DNA of 64,000 bases from a virus (IMGVR_UViG_3300028025_000089), one strand, 5' to 3'; counted from the first letter of the stretch, positions 1 to 6,779 are shown. The notes: generated from the letters alone by a model not told the origin. Numbers and translations are program-made.

Positions 1-4
1 AAAT

Positions 5-49
5 GTGATGGTGGACTCACCCCCACAACAAGAGAAAAAAGTTCTTTGA
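5..49 (+). promoter_or_regulatory. boxB-like hairpin plus boxA-like antitermination element ahead of the tRNA array
   Basis: Hairpin GGTG-gact-CACC (10-21) followed by AGTTCTTTGA (40-49). The same arrangement precedes the large ncRNA at 6748-6778. Confidence 0.45.
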
Positions 50-160
50 TTTAAGGTATTGTGATTGTAAGAAAAGGGAAACTCGTAAAGTGCATTAACC
101 TGTTGATATAAGATGGTGAAACGAGAGTGTGTATCAACTACTAATTACAAAAAAAAATAT

Positions 161-259
161 AGTCAGGTGGAATTTTGGTCCAGGTGTGGTTCGATCCCAC
201 ACTTTACTGAGAAGTAAGAGCAACTAAGGGCAACACAGGTTCGAATCCTGTCCTGACTA
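161..259 (+). ncRNA. tRNA-like RNA with two T-loop arms
   Basis: Acceptor AGTCAGG/CCTGACT (161-167/252-258); T arm ACAGG-TTCGAAT-CCTGT (235-251); D-like arm TGGA/TCCA (168-182); second arm GTGTGG-TTCGATC-CCACAC (184-202); GNRA hairpin TTACT-GAGA-AGTAA (204-217). Confidence 0.65.
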
Positions 260-263
260 CAAA

Positions 264-351
264 GTGTTGTTCCCTTGAGAAAGGAAAATAGAGTGGCTAC
301 AAGGTTGTTGCAACAACTAGTAAAGACTAACACAGAGGACTTCTCAACCTC
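264..351 (+). ncRNA. candidate kissing-loop structured RNA in the tRNA array
   Basis: P1 264-269/328-333; hairpin 270-273/283-286; hairpin 335-338/348-351; their loops are complementary over 7 nt (TTGAGAA 275-281 / TTCTCAA 341-347); perfect palindrome GTTGTTGCAACAAC at 304-317. Confidence 0.45.
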
Positions 352-357
352 ATATTT

Positions 358-432
358 GGTGTGGTAGCTCAGTAGGTAGAGCAAGGAGCCGGAAAACTCC
401 TGTGCCGATGGTTCGATTCCATTCCCATACCA
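358..432 (+). tRNA. tRNA-Phe-like gene with an 8-nt anticodon loop (CCGGAAAA)
   Basis: Acceptor GGTGTGG/CCATACC; D arm GCTC/GAGC; anticodon stem AGGAG/CTCCT around the 8-nt loop 389-396; T loop TTCGATT. Confidence 0.75.
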
Positions 433-438
433 CAAACA

Positions 439-518
439 TTGTGACGCAGGTGCAACGTCGGTCTCATGAGCCGAATTGGGTCGCCCCCCGTCGGAGGTTC
501 GAGTCCTTCAGTCACAAC
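439..518 (+). tRNA. aberrant tRNA(CAT) with truncated D arm and long variable arm
   Basis: Acceptor TTGTGAC/GTCACAA; only 12 nt precede the anticodon arm TCGGT-CTCATGA-GCCGA (458-474); 18-nt variable region containing GGG-tcgc-CCC; T arm 493-509. Confidence 0.6.
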
Positions 519-523
519 AACAT

Positions 524-596
524 CGCGGGATGTGGAAGTTGGTTATCCGCTCGGTCTCATAAGCCGAGATCGCAGGTTCGAGTCCTGCTCCCGCAA
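524..596 (+). tRNA. tRNA-fMet (CAT), initiator type
   Basis: Full cloverleaf; C1:A72 mismatch (524/595); anticodon CAT at 558-560; anticodon stem TCGGT/GCCGA. Confidence 0.9.
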
Positions 597-604
597 CTAA
601 AAAG

Positions 605-677
605 GCTGATATAGCTCAATGGTCAGAGCAGGACGCTTATATCGTCAAGGCTATGGGTTCGAGTCCCGTTATCAGCA
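605..677 (+). tRNA. tRNA-Ile (TAT)
   Basis: Acceptor GCTGATA/TATCAGC; D arm GCTC/GAGC; loop CTTATAT with anticodon TAT at 638-640; T arm ATGGG-TTCGAGT-CCCGT. Confidence 0.85.
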
Positions 678-899
678 CTGGGAGTGTTAGCAGTAGAGTT
701 CAGCTTAAGAATGGAAGTGGAGAGCACTTAAAAATGAGTCCACAAGGCATTAAGCCGTTTATTCAGTTTGAGGGCGATAAAAACTGACGTTTTTAGGAGA
801 AAATTTTACGATAATAAAATGAACCCATGGTGTTAGTAGGATTGATCCCCTCTTCCATGTAAAAAAATGTGACGGATGATCCCAAGTTCGTCACGACTT

Positions 900-972
900 G
901 CGGAAGTAGCTCAATTGGTAGAGCTCCAGCCTTCCAAGCTGGTTGTTGAGAGTTCGAGTCTCTTCTTCCGCT
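900..972 (+). tRNA. tRNA-Gly (TCC)
   Basis: Acceptor GCGGAAG/CTTCCGC; anticodon arm CCAGC-CTTCCAA-GCTGG; U73. Confidence 0.95.
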
Positions 973-979
973 CTAATTT

Positions 980-1051
980 GGTCCCATCGTCTATCGGTTA
1001 GGACGCCAGGTTTTCATCCTGGAAAGCGGGGTTCGATTCCCCGTGGGACTA
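980..1051 (+). tRNA. tRNA-Glu (TTC)
   Basis: Acceptor GGTCCCA/TGGGACT; anticodon arm CCAGG-TTTTCAT-CCTGG. Confidence 0.95.
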
Positions 1052-1066
1052 CAAAAATTGTAAGTT

Positions 1067-1336
1067 ATGAAAAAGTTTGAAGATTTAGAATTTGATAAAA
1101 TATCAGATGAACCATATATGTCAGGTGTTCGTTCTCGAATGGTCTTTGAAAATGGGTATGGTGTTAGTGTTATCTCTCATACATATTCATATGGTGGAAA
1201 AGATGGTTTGTTTGAAATTGCAGTTTTAGATAAAAAAGGTGAAATAACTTACAAGACACCTGTAACAAATGATGTGATTGGTTATTTAAATCCTGAAGAA
1301 GTTACAGAAATTATGGATCATGTGCAGAAATTGTAA
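1067..1336 (+). CDS. conserved small phage protein
   Basis: 89-aa ORF with an FENGYGVSV...SYGG..GLFE.AVL pattern that I recall from phage hypothetical proteins. Confidence 0.7.
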   Translation: MKKFEDLEFDKISDEPYMSGVRSRMVFENGYGVSVISHTYSYGGKDGLFEIAVLDKKGEITYKTPVTNDVIGYLNPEEVTEIMDHVQKL

Positions 1337-1347
1337 AAAATTATTCT

Positions 1348-1355
1348 TATATTTG
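1348..1355 (+). promoter_or_regulatory. Bacteroidota-type -7 promoter element (TAtaTTTG)
   Basis: Matches TAnnTTTG immediately upstream of the ORF at 1360. Confidence 0.55.
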
Positions 1356-1359
1356 TATT

Positions 1360-1638
1360 ATGACAGAGGAACAAAGAAAGGCGATAGATAATATAATGGA
1401 TTGGTTTGACTTTGAAAAAGTTCATAAAACCATGAAAGCTCTTCGATGGGAATGGTTAAGTGCTGAAGAAAAGATTCCTTGTCAAGGTGAAATTAGAGAA
1501 GAAGCAAGACGGTTATTAACTCAAGCAATAGAAACCGAAATGAGTATTGGATCAGGAGGACTTCAAGTTACCTACATTCCAACTGAAGGATTTTTAAAAC
1601 TTGAGTTTATAGTGTCTGAATGGGACGCTTTGATATAA
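1360..1638 (+). CDS. hypothetical protein
   Basis: 92-aa ORF, normal composition, tightly packed with neighbours. Confidence 0.7.
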   Translation: MTEEQRKAIDNIMDWFDFEKVHKTMKALRWEWLSAEEKIPCQGEIREEARRLLTQAIETEMSIGSGGLQVTYIPTEGFLKLEFIVSEWDALI

Positions 1639-1643
1639 AAATA

Positions 1644-1715
1644 GGTCCATTGGTGTAGTGGCTAACATTCATCCCTGTCACGGATGAGCCGCGAGTTCGA
1701 TTCTCGCATGGACCG
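1644..1715 (+). tRNA. tRNA-Asp (GTC)
   Basis: Acceptor GGTCCAT/ATGGACC; anticodon arm CATCC-CTGTCAC-GGATG; G73. Confidence 0.95.
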
Positions 1716-1746
1716 CTAAAATTGTTTAACTAAAAAAAAAGAAAAA

Positions 1747-1968
1747 ATGAGTAAAGGACAAACTAAGGGACGTTACATTTGTAAAGTGGGTTTTTATGAT
1801 ATCTATGCAAAAGATACAATGAGAACAAGTAAAGAACGAAATTCTAAACCACAAGTTGCAAGCACGGATTACGTTATTTATCACGCAAAAAGTCTAAAAG
1901 AAAAAGGGTTTAAAACCAAAGATCTGGCGGTTGCAAGAATCAATGAATTATTAATGTCTAAAAAGTAA
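1747..1968 (+). CDS. small basic hypothetical protein
   Basis: 73-aa ORF, coupled to the next ORF. Confidence 0.65.
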   Translation: MSKGQTKGRYICKVGFYDIYAKDTMRTSKERNSKPQVASTDYVIYHAKSLKEKGFKTKDLAVARINELLMSKK

Positions 1969-1970
1969 AT

Positions 1971-2174
1971 ATGAATAAAATATTAGGTTTATTTATCGGC
2001 ACAATTGCCACAGTTATAGTTATGTTGGGTGGTTATTTTTTAACCATGTATACACAAAAAGAGATTTCTCTTGTAACAATCGGTTTGGGTATTTTAGGGT
2101 TTTTGATTGTATATCCAGCAATTGAACGTTGGGAGATTCGAATCATGAGTTTGTTAAAAAAAGATAAGAAATAG
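1971..2174 (+). CDS. small membrane protein (2 TM)
   Basis: 67 aa with two hydrophobic segments and a basic C-terminus. Confidence 0.65.
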   Translation: MNKILGLFIGTIATVIVMLGGYFLTMYTQKEISLVTIGLGILGFLIVYPAIERWEIRIMSLLKKDKK

Positions 2175-2258
2175 TTTTTGCTCTTATTTGACCATCAAAT
2201 AATAATTTATAACATTTTTTTTAATAATATTTCGTCATATAACAAACACCAATAAATC

Positions 2259-2360
2259 ATGATCACAACCATCATAACCGGCTTTTTAATGCCAGCAGTC
2301 ATACTTTCTGTAATTATCTATTCATTCATGACCGACAAGGAGAAATCAAAGTCCCAATAG
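2259..2360 (+). CDS. 33-aa single-TM peptide (not in ORF track)
   Basis: ATG 2259 to TAG 2360: MITTIITGFLMPAVILSVIIYSFMTDKEKSKSQ. Confidence 0.45.
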   Translation: MITTIITGFLMPAVILSVIIYSFMTDKEKSKSQ

Positions 2361-2424
2361 TTTTTTTCATAAAAGTTGGTAAATCCTATTTTCAATTTTT
2401 TAACTATTTATATATTAAAACAAT

Positions 2425-3963
2425 ATGAGTTGTTGTAATAGGAAATTACTGATTACCGAAGAAGAGAAGTTAAACATAATGAAATTGTATGGTCTTCTTC
2501 TTGAAGGGGAAACCGATGGAGGTGGATACGAAATTGATTTTTCGAATACATTTAAATCTGGATACCATAGTGTTAATTATATTAACAAATCTCTTTTAGC
2601 CACTGAATTAAACAATGCAAAAACTTGGTTAACAAATAAATTAAAAGAACCTGGAAATAAAGGAAAATTGGTTTACGTTGAAATTGACGCAAGTGAATCT
2701 AAAGTGCCAAATGCCGATGCGGAAAAAGGGGGTGCTATTTTACCACCTTATCAACTGTCAAATAAAAGAGCGGTATCCATCAATAATTATTTGAGTGGAA
2801 TTTTTGATGGATGGGTTACGGCAAAATTAATTCCAGAAAAACCAATTTTTTCTTTTCCTCCTCCAAAAATTGGTGGTCCTAATTGGTGTCCTAATTATAG
2901 TAAAGATCCTGAATGTGAAGGCACACCAAAAAATGATAAAAATACAGATCAAAAATTTACAGAACACCAATATGTGAGAGTTAAATTTTTATTAGATGAT
3001 GGAACTATTTCTGCAAAATGTTTGGAGGGATTATCTATAACCGTTGCATATAATCAAACCGCATCGTCTGCTTTTCCATGTAGAGGAAATCACAGATGTG
3101 ATGAAGCAGATTTTAACGTATTATTAAACAAAGTTCCAGTTGGTTCTGTAAGTTTAAATAACGCTAATGACGGAGGTAGTAGAACAGGAACTGTAACTGT
3201 TACCCCACAACAGGCAACCTCTATTGCAAAGGCATCGAAAGATAGAAGAAAGATAGACATTTATTTACAATGTAAATTTGCCAAATGCCACTCATCAACG
3301 CCTGAAATAACAATTTCAAAAGGAGGTTTTATTTTCCCTAATTTTCCAAGATGTGTCCCATCAATTACTGATAGAGATGATTTTACATTAAAACATATTT
3401 TATCAATTGATGTTTGTGGAAATGTTACTCAAGAAAATAAAGATCAAAAAGCGGTATTACCAGATGAACAATTTATTAAAAAACCTACTGATCTTAAAGA
3501 AGGTTATTTATATTATAATGAGGACACCAAACAATTTGAATTTAGTGAAACTTCTCTTTCATCACAAGGTGATCCCGAAGATCCTAACAGCTTACACTCA
3601 TGGACTGTAAGACATCCTCTATACGGTGTTAATAATGAACAAACCACAGATGCGGGTGAACATCCTGCAAAAATTTATAAAGAAGGGTGTGTTGCGACAG
3701 ACAAAGCGAATTACGGAGGTTATTGTATTTGGTCAGGACCAAAGGTTGTTTATAAAACCGTAAATAGGACGGTCTATCCACCATATGGCGAAATTTCAAA
3801 AATTGAAAAATGGATGTTAGGTAAAAATTCTGGAATAGTTATGAATTTGAATTTTGATACCTATAGTAAATATAGATTAGGTTTTAGTGGTTTAGGAAAA
3901 TCATCTTCATGGTATAAAGAAGACGGAACAGAACTAAAACCAAGATCAACATTTGGACAATAA
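2425..3963 (+). CDS. virion-associated protein with a divergent OmpA-like (peptidoglycan-binding) domain
   Basis: F.SG...VEIDASES..PN...LSNKRAVSINNYL resembles the OmpA C-terminal pattern; TATTTATA motif at 2405-2412. Confidence 0.5.
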   Translation: MSCCNRKLLITEEEKLNIMKLYGLLLEGETDGGGYEIDFSNTFKSGYHSVNYINKSLLATELNNAKTWLTNKLKEPGNKGKLVYVEIDASESKVPNADAEKGGAILPPYQLSNKRAVSINNYLSGIFDGWVTAKLIPEKPIFSFPPPKIGGPNWCPNYSKDPECEGTPKNDKNTDQKFTEHQYVRVKFLLDDGTISAKCLEGLSITVAYNQTASSAFPCRGNHRCDEADFNVLLNKVPVGSVSLNNANDGGSRTGTVTVTPQQATSIAKASKDRRKIDIYLQCKFAKCHSSTPEITISKGGFIFPNFPRCVPSITDRDDFTLKHILSIDVCGNVTQENKDQKAVLPDEQFIKKPTDLKEGYLYYNEDTKQFEFSETSLSSQGDPEDPNSLHSWTVRHPLYGVNNEQTTDAGEHPAKIYKEGCVATDKANYGGYCIWSGPKVVYKTVNRTVYPPYGEISKIEKWMLGKNSGIVMNLNFDTYSKYRLGFSGLGKSSSWYKEDGTELKPRSTFGQ

Positions 3964-4176
3964 TTAATTACTGTTTGTTGTATCAACAACTATCATCATA
4001 ACATTTTCTTTATCGGTTTTAGATAACTTTCTAAATTCTTGTCTTATTATTCGTTTTGAAATACGATCTGCCTTTCTTTTAGTGATAAAAGTACCGTCAC
4101 TTAACTCATACATTTCTGCAGTTTTACAAGAAAATAAAATCACTGATAGAGACACTAAGAAGAATATTTTTTTCAT
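3964..4176 (-). CDS. small lipoprotein
   Basis: Signal peptide with lipobox ILFS-C; preceded by a host-type promoter (4199-4230). Confidence 0.65.
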   Translation of the reverse strand: MKKIFFLVSLSVILFSCKTAEMYELSDGTFITKRKADRISKRIIRQEFRKLSKTDKENVMMIVVDTTNSN

Positions 4177-4198
4177 TTTATTTAAAGTTTATTGACTA

Positions 4199-4230
4199 CA
4201 AATATATACAATTTTTTTAAATGAAACAAA
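4199..4230 (-). promoter_or_regulatory. Bacteroidota sigma-A type promoter (TTTG-N20-TAtaTTTG)
   Basis: CAAATATA at 4199-4206 and CAAA at 4227-4230 on the + strand; spacing 20 nt. Confidence 0.65.
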
Positions 4231-4283
4231 AATTAGATCAATTTTAAACTATTTATAGTAAAATAAACATAAAATATTTTATT

Positions 4284-4457
4284 ATGAAATTATCTAAAGA
4301 ACAATTAATGGGTATTGTTAGACATACCTTAACCTTTGTAGGTGGTATTTTAATTACAAAGGGATTAATTGACGAAACAATTCTTACCGAGATCATCGGA
4401 GGTGCTACGGCATTATCAGGGGCGATTTGGTCAATAATTGTAAAAAATAAAGCATAA
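4284..4457 (+). CDS. putative holin, Pam3-gp28-like (not in ORF track)
   Basis: 57 aa, MKLSKEQLMGIVRHTLTFVGGILITKGLIDE...GAIWSIIVKNKA; two hydrophobic helices; TATTTATA at 4250-4257. Confidence 0.7.
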   Translation: MKLSKEQLMGIVRHTLTFVGGILITKGLIDETILTEIIGGATALSGAIWSIIVKNKA

Positions 4458-4465
4458 TTTTTTTT

Positions 4466-4489
4466 AGCCCATCTTTGGTGGGCTTTTTT
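4466..4489 (+). terminator. intrinsic terminator
   Basis: AGCCCA-loop-TGGGCT followed by a T tract. Confidence 0.7.
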
Positions 4490-4511
4490 CATTTTAGAAT
4501 ATTTATTGGAT

Positions 4512-5126
4512 ATGGATAATTTCTCAACAGTTTTGGTGGCCTTTATAAGTGGTGTTTTAGGTCCCATCAGTATCATGATAATTAAATATTATTTAGATCA
4601 AAGAAAGAAAAATAAACCTGATATGGTGATGGATACATTGAGGGTTAGTGAATTGATAAATTCAAAAATCGAACACATTAAAGAAGAATTTGATGCCGAT
4701 AGAGTTTGGGTTTCTCAATTTCATAATGGAGGTAATTTCTACCCTACAGGAAAATCAATGGCAAAGTTTTCGATCATGTATGAAACCGTAGGTCAATACG
4801 GAACATCGGTCCAATCTAATTTTAAAAACATTCCTGTTAATTTATTTTCTAAATCTATTAATGAACTTTTAAATAACGAATCAATTGAAATATCGGATTT
4901 CACAGATGAAAAAATACCAACTTTTGGGTTGAAATATATTGCCGAAGAAACAGGATGTAAGTCTTCATACTTATTCGCAATTAAAACAATTGAAGAAAAA
5001 TTCATTGGTGTTTTATCTGTAGATTACGTTAAAGAACCAAGAGAGTTAGATATCGAGGAAATCACACATTTACAAGTTCATGCATCCTCTATTGGTGGTG
5101 TTTTAATGAGTTATTTGAATAAGTAA
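4512..5126 (+). CDS. N-terminal TM plus GAF-like domain protein (possible lysis regulator)
   Basis: TM helix near aa 5-27, then a DRVWV..FHNG...KS..LFAI...FIGVL.VDY GAF-like pattern. The ATG at 4512 is preferred over the TTG at 4506. Confidence 0.55.
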   Translation: MDNFSTVLVAFISGVLGPISIMIIKYYLDQRKKNKPDMVMDTLRVSELINSKIEHIKEEFDADRVWVSQFHNGGNFYPTGKSMAKFSIMYETVGQYGTSVQSNFKNIPVNLFSKSINELLNNESIEISDFTDEKIPTFGLKYIAEETGCKSSYLFAIKTIEEKFIGVLSVDYVKEPRELDIEEITHLQVHASSIGGVLMSYLNK

Positions 5127-5149
5127 ATAATATTTCATATCTTTACGGT

Positions 5150-5632
5150 ATGAATATTTTCTTTTTAGATTTTGATACGAACAAATGTGCTGAGTATCAT
5201 TGTGATAAGCACGTAGTAAAAATGATCCTTGAAACGGCACAACTTCTGTGTGGAGTTCACCATATGGCCCCCCAAGTTACCCCCCAAGTTACCCCCCAAG
5301 TTCCCTATAAGTTATCACATAAAAATCATCCTTGTGCCATATGGGTTCGTGAGTCATTATCTAATTATCTTTATTTATGTGATCTTGGTTTGGAGTTGTG
5401 TAAAGAATATACGTATCGTTATGGAAAACGTCATAAATCTCAAGATGTTATTGAGTGGTGTATCACAAATTTACCGAATATCTGTGACAAAGACTTCACC
5501 ACACCTCCTAAGGCGATGCCTGACGAATATAAAGTCAATGATGTTATAGAATCTTATAGAAATTATTATCGTGGAGCAAAGAAAGATTTTGCTAAATGGA
5601 AAAATAGAGAGATCCCCGAATGGTTTTTATAA
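5150..5632 (+). CDS. pyrimidine-dimer DNA glycosylase (DenV/endonuclease V-like family)
   Basis: MNIFFLD...CAEYHCDKHVVKMILETAQLL...HKNHPCAIWVRES...YTYRYGKRH motifs. Confidence 0.8.
   Translation: MNIFFLDFDTNKCAEYHCDKHVVKMILETAQLLCGVHHMAPQVTPQVTPQVPYKLSHKNHPCAIWVRESLSNYLYLCDLGLELCKEYTYRYGKRHKSQDVIEWCITNLPNICDKDFTTPPKAMPDEYKVNDVIESYRNYYRGAKKDFAKWKNREIPEWFL
5268..5303 (+). repeat. in-frame 12-bp tandem repeat x3 (PQVT)
   Basis: CCCCAAGTTACC unit repeated inside the glycosylase gene. Confidence 0.9.
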
Positions 5633-5651
5633 AACAGAAGTATTTATTAAT

Positions 5652-6410
5652 ATGAAAGTTTCAAAATCTGCTTGTAGTTCATCAAACCCTTGTTCTGGAT
5701 ATGGTAGTGATGTTAGTGGTTGTTTAGGTAGTTCAAATTTAAAATCAATAGGTATTGGTAATAATGTGTTGGCTAAAGAAGCTGCCGATGCATTCATTAA
5801 AATGACTGATGACATGCCAAGTAATTTAAAAAGTAAGATCTCAATGGGAGGTGCATACAGACCTCTTAATATCCAATGTAATATTTTTGATTGGGGTAAA
5901 TATGAATCAACAGGAAAAAGAGTTAAAAAAGGAACTTCATCGACACCTGCGGCATATCCAGGAACATCTAATCATGGATGGGGTAGAGCAATCGACATAT
6001 CACCGTCAGATGTTCAAAATTGGATTAGAGAAAATGGAACAAAATACGGTTGGTGTTGGGGTGAAGCAAAATCAGAACCTTGGCATTTTACATTTTGTGG
6101 ACCAGGATCAAATAGAGATAAAAATTGTGATAGTTTTTGTAAAGGAAAAATGACCGTAGATACTTCTTCCGACAAAAAAGAAACATCTACAGAGAAAGAA
6201 GAAAAATCTACAGATAAAAAAGATACGTCTACTGATGGTAAAGATAAAAAAAAGAAATTCGATCCATTTTTTTCTTCTTTGGATGCAATTGTTGCTCTTG
6301 GTAAAGGAGATGTAAAAGGGTTGGAAGATTATGTTAGTAGTAGTGCTGATATGATTGGTTTATCCGAAGACGTAGATAGAATAAAAGATATTATGAAAAA
6401 AATACTTTAA
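5652..6410 (+). CDS. M15B (VanY-like) D,D-carboxypeptidase / cell-wall peptidase
   Basis: AYR...Q, AAYPGTSNHGWGRAIDI, YGW, EPWHF motifs. The true start is probably the ATG at 5652, after TATTTATT at 5641-5648. Confidence 0.85.
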   Translation: MKVSKSACSSSNPCSGYGSDVSGCLGSSNLKSIGIGNNVLAKEAADAFIKMTDDMPSNLKSKISMGGAYRPLNIQCNIFDWGKYESTGKRVKKGTSSTPAAYPGTSNHGWGRAIDISPSDVQNWIRENGTKYGWCWGEAKSEPWHFTFCGPGSNRDKNCDSFCKGKMTVDTSSDKKETSTEKEEKSTDKKDTSTDGKDKKKKFDPFFSSLDAIVALGKGDVKGLEDYVSSSADMIGLSEDVDRIKDIMKKIL

Positions 6411-6467
6411 ATATTTGACTAATATTTATATTTAACTTATCATTTCACTTGTAATTAATTAAATAAT

Positions 6468-6644
6468 ATGAGTGAAGAATTAACCCAAGAAAATGAACCG
6501 AAAGTAATTGAGATGTATTCTTACATTGCAAACGGAAAACAACTATGGACATCTAATCTATCATTTGCACAAATCAGAGCTGATTTTTATGGAACAAATG
6601 ATGTTTATGTTGAAAAAGTTGAAGTGAAAAACTTGACAAATTAA
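6468..6644 (+). CDS. 58-aa hypothetical protein (not in ORF track)
   Basis: ATG 6468 to TAA 6644, open frame; TATTTATA at 6423-6430. Confidence 0.6.
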   Translation: MSEELTQENEPKVIEMYSYIANGKQLWTSNLSFAQIRADFYGTNDVYVEKVEVKNLTN

Positions 6645-6663
6645 AATTAAGTTTTTATATTTG
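6633..6663 (+). promoter_or_regulatory. Bacteroidota sigma-A type promoter P1 of the large ncRNA
   Basis: TTG (6633-6635), N20, TAtaTTTG (6656-6663). Confidence 0.7.
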
Positions 6664-6706
6664 TAAAACAATTGAGGGAAACCTTAAAAAAAAAGTAAAA
6701 GAAAAA

Positions 6707-6738
6707 TTTGACTAATTAAAAAATTCTTCTTAACTTTG
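6707..6738 (+). promoter_or_regulatory. Bacteroidota sigma-A type promoter P2 of the large ncRNA
   Basis: TTTG (6707-6710), N20, TAacTTTG (6731-6738). Both promoters are followed by TAAAACAA. Confidence 0.75.
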
Positions 6739-6747
6739 TAAAACAAA

Positions 6748-6778
6748 TCAGGAAACGTCCTGAATCGTTCTTTGAAAA
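6748..6778 (+). promoter_or_regulatory. boxB-like hairpin plus boxA (GTTCTTTGAAAA)
   Basis: TCAGGA-aacg-TCCTGA (6748-6763), then GTTCTTTGAAAA (6767-6778), like an rrn leader. Confidence 0.55.
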
Positions 6779-6779
6779 A

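Noticed and set aside
81-138. Hammerhead-like elements (CTGTTGA ... GAAA-CGAG pairing with CTCGT-A)
   Set aside because: The core is CUGUUGA rather than CUGANGA, and stems I and II cannot be formed convincingly.
163-614. ORF-track entries 163..435 (-) and 402..614 (+)
   Set aside because: They are shadows across tRNA and tRNA-like genes, with no plausible start context or protein features.
680-860. Possible RNase P RNA or second tmRNA half in the tRNA spacer
   Set aside because: It lacks the GAGGAAAGUCC and terminal P4 signatures and has no valid acceptor or T arm.
4253-4576. Minus-strand ORF 4253..4576
   Set aside because: It is the antisense shadow of the holin gene (4284-4457), its terminator and the next gene.
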